DNA of 58,507 bases, counting the filler, from Sphacelaria rigidula (taxonomy: Eukaryota): the NCBI GenBank assembly GCA_964200075.2. It is 4 parts of 4 records of this genome, joined end to end, with 100 filler letters (N's around TTAATTAATTAA, not from the genome) between each part and the next. Parts side by side here need not be neighbours in the genome. Positions count along the whole stretch, not along the records: positions 43,961 to 58,507 come from CAXNAA020002187.1; 3 more parts are not named here. One strand, 5' to 3'. A program made the translations under genes and the position numbers. This document shows positions 50,599-58,507 of the stretch, piece after piece; position 1 is the stretch's first letter; each line of letters begins with the position of its first letter. The notes below the pieces were generated by a model. That model saw only the letters and a list, made by a program, of their open reading frames with translations. It ran no database searches and was not told the origin of the DNA.

Positions 50599-51801
50599 CG
50601 GCCGTGCAGTGGCCAACTCCATCGTCTTGCGAGAAACTGCTACTGTCGTGCTGCATTGCTTTTCATCTCACCAAGGGCACACATACACCGTCCGAATCAT
50701 TAGCGTTCTAGGGCATTTGACCCCTCTTCTCATGGGTTTCGAATTCATTTTGGAGGCATTTGATACCTTTTCTCAGATTAAATTCGACGACCTGTCCCTC
50801 AAGTCGCCACTTTACCGTTGTCCTGGAGGTATCCGTTGGCGTGAGCACATGAAAGAGTACGTCAACGTTCAAACTTCAGATTCGTGTTTCATTCCGTTTA
50901 CATCAATTCCTAGCGTTACAGGTCTCGCTCAACGTCGGATCGCCCCAGCTAACTCCATGACACCCTTCGAAAGCACAGGGCAGGCGGATAGGGAATAGAT
51001 TCTGATCTTCATGGCACTACGGAACAGTACTCCAGTCGTTCGGCCGTTTCACGATTGTACTCTCTTCTCTCACATCGGAAACTGACTGGCAGTTCAGGCC
51101 AGCGTTCCGTACGTATACTCATGCGTCTGCTCTCAGCGCATTAGCTGGTAATCGCGTCGATGTTCGGTATTACCGGCGAAGGTATCCGAAGCACTGACCC
51201 TTTGAGGTACTGTTCAGCATTCGTCATCTCGAGCCAATAATTACTCATGTAAATTCAGTTCAGTTCAATTAGGTTAGGAGAAGTTATCCCGCTTCCACTA
51301 ATGACGTGTTTCCTTGATCGCCTATATTCCAGTTTGTACTCGGCTTTCGAGGTGGGGCATTGATGAGGCCCTGGACAAGGGGCAGATATGGGGGCCGGAA
51401 AGCATGTTTCATGAATGCCAACCACCCTAGCAGGTGGGTGCCCACAAAGATTGACAACGCCAAGTGGCAGTACCCTCGATCCCCGCCAGCCAACATACCA
51501 CGTTGCCGTTTTTTGAGCACGAATGTCTCTTCTGTTTTCATTCCTCCCGTTGGTCTCTCCAGGCTTCGAATGCAAATACACGCTTCATTCGTGGCTGCTG
51601 CAGACGCTTTTTCTGGCTCGAATGACGCGTGTATGCTTCAACATCCCACACCCCATCTCAATGGTGTTCCTCTCCAGGTCATCGGTCCGATTCATGAGGT
51701 ACCTGATCCGTTGGCCGTGAGGTTACGTTTGCTGATTAGTCTGCTTCACTTTCACCGGGAATATGCCATGACCCAGAACCAGCAAACAAACCACGAACGT
51801 T

Positions 51802-51887
51802 GGAGGAATTTCAAACTCGAATTCCGGGATTTTATATTTTGTAGATTACTGTGAAATATACCTGGAACCTCGAGTTTCGGATCTCCC
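51802..51887. repeat. Imperfect palindrome, dispersed repeat (copy 2)
   Basis: Shares GTGAAATATACC.GGAACCTCGA with 26955-26977. Confidence 0.7.
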
Positions 51888-52394
51888 TGTTGTGTGGAAG
51901 CTAGCCAGCTCTCAGGATGTGTTCTTGGCTGTCAGTTGAAAAACGAGTGACTGTCTGCCAGCTGCCCACAAAAAACAAACGTACATCTTTGGCTCTCAGC
52001 TGTCCGGGCAAACGTGTAGCTGTGACTCCCTGCCCCCTACAGGCCACCCACCAAACCCCCTCCCTTCACCGCATGACAAAAAACGAGGCAACCGTTTGTG
52101 TCGGGGAAAAACAGACAAAACCGGTAGGAAATGGACGCATATTTGAGTAAAGGTGGTCGGCCGACCGCTAGTGGCGAGTGTGATCGTGGTTCGACAGGGT
52201 TAGACGATGGGGGCAATCGTGGGATCTCGCAGGGGTCGAGAGGCAATGACTCTGCCGTCTTGCCGCGTCAACCGTTTGCGGCAACCCGTGTACCGGAGGC
52301 CATCGAGACGGCAAGCGCCAACATCGCGGTCCTACAGGGACATGGACTCTGCAAGGTCCCGCCAACCTCGGTGGCCATACGACATAATACGTGT

Positions 52395-52742
52395 CGCAAT
52401 CCCATTTACTCTTGACGTCGGTCTACACCTCTTGGTACATGTGGGCGCACCAGCCGGGGTCACACAGAAGGAAGGCCATCACAGGAGCTTTTTTTGATTG
52501 TTTGTTTCAGTTTTCCACCTTCTTTCTGCGGTGCCTGCCTTCGTTTTTTATGTCGCAAAAGGGATTCAGCAGTCCCTTTCCATCGTCGACCGTTAAGTTG
52601 AATTTTGTGCACCCACGACACAGTCGCGTTCCTCTCTTGGGCATTATGTGATGAAAAATCCCAGGTCGCTCCGAGACTCGAACCCACGACCCCATCGTAA
52701 CAAGGTTTCGAGGTTACCAACTGAGCCACCGGGGCGACCTGC
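52395..52742 (-). mobile_element. tRNA-derived SINE S1
   Basis: Head GGTCGCCCCGGTGGCTCAGTTGG ... GGGTTCGAGTC and the shared body. Confidence 0.9.
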
Positions 52743-53036
52743 TGATGAGTATAGTGCCCGCATTGAGAAAGATCCAGACGCGATGTATGCGGGAGCCCGT
52801 GCAGGTTGGGGACCCGCGTGCAAACGAGTTTGATGCCTATATTGGCCGGAAAGTAAGGCGACAAAAGAGGCGACCCGGTATACATGCGTTCTAAAACATT
52901 ATTTGACCACCGGTGCAGTGCCGCCCATCCACTTCACAGTATGTAATATTCCTTGGCTAAACAGTACGACGGCAAAAAACGCGGGTCGATCTCCGCCTTT
53001 TGGCACCCCTTTGGTCACCGGTGCTGTGTTCCTTAT

Positions 53037-53986
53037 ACCCTGGACAATACAATACGTTCCCACATGATACCAATACTGTATTTTGGAGACAGCGCAACTT
53101 TTTTTCTTTCAATATATTCTGTGTTGAGATGTTCTCGGAAACATTGAAGCAACGATAAATGTTTCTCGTGTCATGATTGTGATGTACTGCATGGCAACAC
53201 ATATTGCACATGCATTTGCTCCTGGAACAAAACATTCAACACGAAGTATATATATTGTTCATGCCGGCCTTGTATGCATTGAAGTGTCAGTATATGTTGA
53301 ATCGGAGCGATGCGTAACATATTATTGCTATAATATGTATTGAACAAAACCATGCAAAAATATATGTTTTCCCCATCATGTCTTGTGCACGCACGCTCGT
53401 TGCATAGCGATCGTGCAGCCAATTCATATTGGACACGCTCGCAGAGGAATATATTGGGCGTATTGGGCATCTAGTGATACACTATTCATTGGCGCCCGCG
53501 GACATGAAATTGCCCACAATACTAATACCTATACACTTCCCAATGTTCAATTTGACTCAATATATATTGCTGCACCAATATGTGTTGTGACGGTCGGTTC
53601 CCTCGTGTATTGTTCGCCCAATATATATTGGACGCATTGGCGCACAGTACATCGGGGCGGTGATATATATTGGCGCTTCGGGTGTTGAGTATATTGAATC
53701 GTCAATTTCATTTGAGCTCGTGTGACAGTCAATGTATTGTTCGACAAATATATATTGGCGCCATAGCGCACCACATATTACTCGGCCAATATATGTCGAG
53801 GTCGCGCGTGTCGTGATATATTGTTCGGTCGGTACATATTGCATGTCGCGCGCCTTGACATATTGATGACGCTATATGTATTGACCTGTCTCGCGTGTCA
53901 CCATATTGCTTGCCCAATATATTTGGACCACCCGACGCGTCGACATATTGAGCGGGAAATATATGACATATTGTATTGTACAGGGT
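53037..53986. mobile_element. Non-autonomous TIR element filled with ATATTG/CAATAT motifs
   Basis: Left ACCCTGGACAATACAATA and right TATTGTATTGTACAGGGT differ by one mismatch; about 20 internal ATATTG/CAATAT motifs. Confidence 0.75.
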
Positions 53987-55896
53987 TTGGAAATGTTTCG
54001 TGCACTATCCGTCCTTGGCGCTTAAAAGTCATAGAGTTGAAAAATATTCGGAAGAGAATGAGGTCGTGCTCAGAACACAATCCTCAGTTGATGTGTTCGG
54101 GATGATACTGACTAAGTTCTTCATTCATCAGGGGGTTTTATCAACCGTCACTGGTCCAAAAAACACATTGTTCGGCTCTCGCGCAAAAAAAGGTATAATA
54201 CCTGAAAAAATCAATCCTCTTTACCTTTTCGTGAAAACGATTGGAATGGCTTCAATCGAGCAAAAGTACTCAGGGGTCAAAACCTGGGTCTGGGTAATCT
54301 GAGGACTCCCGATTCCCGATCACCCCATAGATTGTTCACTAATGAGCACATATGTGTTTTTTTTTGTGTAGAGGGGATAATGCGTATCTCCCAATCACCA
54401 AACTTAGAGACCAAATATTTTCTGGGATGAGAGGTGGCACATGAAAATACGCTGTAGTGTTCCCAATTACGAAAAAAACTACCAAAATGTGTTTTTTCCG
54501 ATCTTGACTACTGTAATCATGTAAGCATGGGAAGGGGGGTAAATGAATTGCGACCGCGTTAGCCGTCACGTGTGCGCATCCCCAGGTGTAACAAATAGAA
54601 GCAGAAACAAAAACATGGAAGGATGCGTTTGCGATTGCATCAACGTCCCAAGGGAAACAGTCAACAATGTACCAAGGAATACAGTCAACACCAACCGGAA
54701 AGGAAAATAGCGAACACTATGTACAAGATATTGACGTTACCTGGCTCACCACACCACACTGAACACAACATCAGACTCTTCTACTATCACACAATACCAC
54801 GTCCTGTATTTTCGTACGGTCTCTAAACTGAGCCAGAAGCCGTAGCAACAGGTGCTTCAAAAGCTGGCAAAGGCTATCGCGCTAAAAACATTTCTTTTTG
54901 GGTGGGATTGAGGGTAGGGCGTTGATTAAGAGTGGGTTTTATCACTCGCTTCAACTCCACCAATTTATCATTCTCTGTGTGCTTTTCCTTGCCTGCAACA
55001 TCGGCGTGTGCTTACAGCTACACGTCGATATCCTACTCAGGGGTATCAAAGGCTTCAGTGGCAAGCTACTACAGGGACCGTATCGGGTGTCGTGGAGGGA
55101 CATTTCGTGACTGCAACGATTCATTTATTCGTTGACCGCTTCTCGCTCTCAATCGCATCCTCTCCTCTCCATCACATGAGAACACTGTTTTAATCAGGTG
55201 CAAACCAGAAGCTCCACCCCGTCGCCAGCTATTTCCCCTTGCACGTTGGCGGTTTTCTTCACGCATTTGTTTTCCTTTTCACTCGATACGTGAATATTCT
55301 TCGCTGAGACCCGTGGTCAGATACGGGGACAAAACACGCGCACACACAATTTATGAACAACCGCTTCCGAATCCGCTCCTTCTGATTCAAAAACATCCGT
55401 CTGAAAAACGTGTTTCCGGTGATTCATCCAGATGTTGCTCGAGCAGTTTCTATGGGATCTTTCGAAGAGAAAAAACGTCTCCGAGAGTGGATGGCCCCCA
55501 GCAGATGCTTTTCGCCCCATTTCGTTGCGGGGAACGCCTGTCATCGGAATAATCGAAATTCGTCGACCCACGGGATCACAAAAACGCCCCCATTCAGCAT
55601 GGTGCGACCAGCTGTGCAGACGGTACACACATGACGATACGGCGTCTCACGTCGAGAACGGACGGCACAGTGTACGATGCAGCAACGTGACAATGCGGCC
55701 CGTGCCGCTGTGTCACTGTGCATCCATTACCCACAGGTGTGGCCCATAGTTGTTCAGGATGTGCATGCGGAACGGCATCATACTGTATGTAGGGTACGTG
55801 CAGTGCTGCCGTGCAGATGGGGCAGCGTAGTACATAGTTACGGACAACGGACAGTTCAGCGGCCGCTGTTTCGCACACCAAGTTGTCAAATTTAAG

Positions 55897-56238
55897 TATC
55901 ACGGTGATGGCTCATTTGATATACTCGAAACATTCTGGCGGTTGGGTCGTGGGTTCAAATCTCGGAGCGATTTGTGATTTTTTCTCACACGATGCTCAAC
56001 AGTGGAAAGCAACTATGTCATTGGTACACAAAATTCGACTCAAGGATCGACGAGGGATGCGACTGCTGAACCCCTCTTGCGATAGAAATGAAGGCAAGCA
56101 CCGCAGAAGGCAAATAAACCAAACGAAAACAAAACTCGAGTTTTGACATTCTCTCTGTGTGACCCCTGCTGATGCGCCCGCGTGTACCGAATGGTGTAGA
56201 CGGGCGTCCAGAATAAATGGGACGACAACACAACACAC
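55897..56238 (+). mobile_element. tRNA-derived SINE S1 (diverged head)
   Basis: TGGCTCATTTGA ... GGGTTCAAATC, shared body, CA-rich tail. Confidence 0.85.
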
Positions 56239-57740
56239 GGTGGGCGGGCGTACGCGCCAATTTGTATTTGGAGGTATACAAAACGGTTTCGGAAACTGCT
56301 GTTCTTGGAAGCATATCACAAGCCGACCTTTTTGCTTGGTCGTCGCACTACAGCGAGTAGCCTCAATAACAAATACCTTGAAAAAAATTATATGATTACT
56401 CCAAGAAATCGAACTATTTGCATATTGGGCCACACAAACTACAATTGCCGCGGAGATTCTATGGTGACTTCATTATGGGGCATCGTTTTTTTACAGTACC
56501 TGCACTGTATGGTCTGTGTTGTTCACGGCACGGTATTACGTGGTGTGCTTGATCTGTATTACGATAGGGCACGATATGGCGTGTCACGGCGTGTCACGAA
56601 AACGGAGATTCGTGATACGGTTTGAAATATGAACGGGGCGTACAAATTTCCGTTTCCGCGGTATGGTATTAGCATTAGATTTGCATATTTGTGCCTATAC
56701 CACGGAATCGTTTTGTATGCTGCGGAACATATTCCGGGCAGACAAAGCTTCGCTTGGTTCGTATTATGTTGCTTGAGCTTTCACTTCAAGGCTCACTTCA
56801 TCCATCGGCCATATATATTCAGGACCTTTTTTATTTGTCGTGGAATATATTATGACGGTTCGTGCCGTTGGTCGCATTACGTCGATGTTCGCGTGTTCCT
56901 ACAGCTGTTCCTGGAGGTCCGTCTTTACGCGTGCATTTGTTCTCAAAGTGTTATTGATGTATATCCCCCCTTCCTCAGGGTCACAGCTTCCGTGTGCGTA
57001 TCCCCCATAGCAGCTCAAATCATTATGTTGTGATGTCGGTTCGTACTCGTGGATTGATTCGATGATCGCTTCGTTCTCGATATTTTACGACACGCCTCCT
57101 TCAGCACACCCGTTTCGTCTTACTTTATACCAGTCTCAACAACAACAAAACGCTGTTGAAATCGTTATTTTCTTGTAACGGATTACATGTACCACGACGC
57201 GTTTCTGCACTGGCAACTCTGCGCACTCATCTTCGAGACACATTGCATTGCCCTGAGCGTCACTCCAGCCGTACCCCAGATATGGGGGGTACCGATAGGC
57301 TGCAGTTTCCGGATGCGTGTTACCTACGAAACTCTGCCTTTGGCCAATTACGGAACGCTATGGTATTGTCATCCAAAGCAACGATACCACGAGCAGGTCG
57401 TTCGTGCCTTGCATATGCACAGAAGACAACTGTTCCCCCAGAGCAGCGTGAGTACCGATTACACCAAGCCCCGTGCTTCTAAACTAAATGATGCGGAAAT
57501 CGGGCACATGGACCACAACTATTCGAGTCTCTGGAGATCCATACCTCCACACGTTCACCGCATGGCCCGTCGATAACCCCTGTCTCGTGTCACGCCAATG
57601 GCTTGTGCCGCAGGATGTCGGTTGGTAAGATTATATGCAAGAGTCCTTGTTGCTATATCGACGTGACGCTTCAGAGTATTTCCAAGCCCAACAATCCCCG
57701 AGCTGCTTTGCGTTCATGCCGCCCAGTGAATGAGATTCAA

Positions 57741-57891
57741 TCATCAGTGATTATACGCCCCAGGCAAGGGGGCATCAACGGAGTAACACCATTTTCTGAG
57801 AGGCGTGCATTGAGTTTCAATTATCAGTGATCATACGCTCCAGGCAAGGGGGCATCAACGGAGTAACACCATTTTCTGAGAGGCGTGCATT
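57741..57891. repeat. Recent tandem duplication, period 80 bp
   Basis: CAGGCAAGGGGGCATCAACGGAGTAACACCATTTTCTGAGAGGCGTGCATT is identical at 57761 and 57841. Confidence 0.95.
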
Positions 57892-58507
57892 TCCACGACC
57901 CTCCCTAGTTGTAAGGTATGTCTGATTTCCGCAGGTGGTGACAGGGGCGACTGATGTAGGCATAGCTGACTATCATCATGCCGCCTGGCTAGTGCCGTAT
58001 GGCGTGTGCATTAGTATGCACAATCGCCCCGCCAGTGGCTACCGCCGCCACACCTAGCGTACAGCACCCTTTGCGTACCCACACAAAATAAGGTGATGTC
58101 TCCCAACAGCACATGACAGTACGCTGAAAACGTGATAGATCGGCGTGTGCTGCCCCCCTCCACATCACCATTCGCCTGGTGTAAGTTTTCGGCACAAATC
58201 GTGTATTTGTTGAGAAATATCACTAACATGAACTGATGGTTCATTCAGCCTGTGACACCCCCGATTTGAGGTGCAGAAAACAAAGTGATCGCATGCCCGC
58301 CTTTTGTCACGCAAATCGGATGGGTAGAGAAACCATACTAGCGACCTCGATCTTGTAGATTTCTGTGCATCTTCGAACTTCGACACCCCATCCTTCGCTT
58401 GAGCCGTGCCGCCACGCTGCCAAAACACGTACAGAGACTACGCTTCTCGTTGAAAGTCCCCCCCCCCCCCCCCCCCCCCCCCCCGCCACACACCAACAGA
58501 CGACCAG

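Noticed and set aside
45000-58507. Short ORFs in contig 4 as genes or viral inserts
   Set aside because: No recognisable domain or consistent exon chain was found; small exons cannot be excluded without RNA data.

Overview
Eukaryotic nuclear DNA, most likely from a brown alga (Phaeophyceae), judged from the 5.8S rRNA sequence and the intron-rich genes. It is not one locus: four contigs of about 14.55 kb (1-14555, 14656-29210, 29311-43860, 43961-58507) are joined by 100-nt N/TTAATTAATTAA linkers. Contig 1 holds a decayed ITS1-5.8S-ITS2-28S rDNA fragment, a 35-bp tandem array, a multi-exon gene of unknown function and MITE-like elements. Contig 2 holds the main finding: one spliced minus-strand gene that appears to fuse a PP2A B56 (B') regulatory-subunit domain to a PDK1-like AGC kinase domain, probably using a GC-AG intron. 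It lies head-to-head with the first exon of a TKL-like kinase. Contig 3 holds the 5' part of a CBP/p300-like gene (Q-rich, KIX-like, TAZ finger); one intron contains a tRNA-headed, hairpin-rich element. Contig 4 is mostly repeats. A tRNA-derived SINE (6 copies), LINE 3' ends with C-rich tails and several palindromic or TIR elements are scattered through the window. No CRISPR array or prokaryotic system was found. All assignments were made by eye without database searches.
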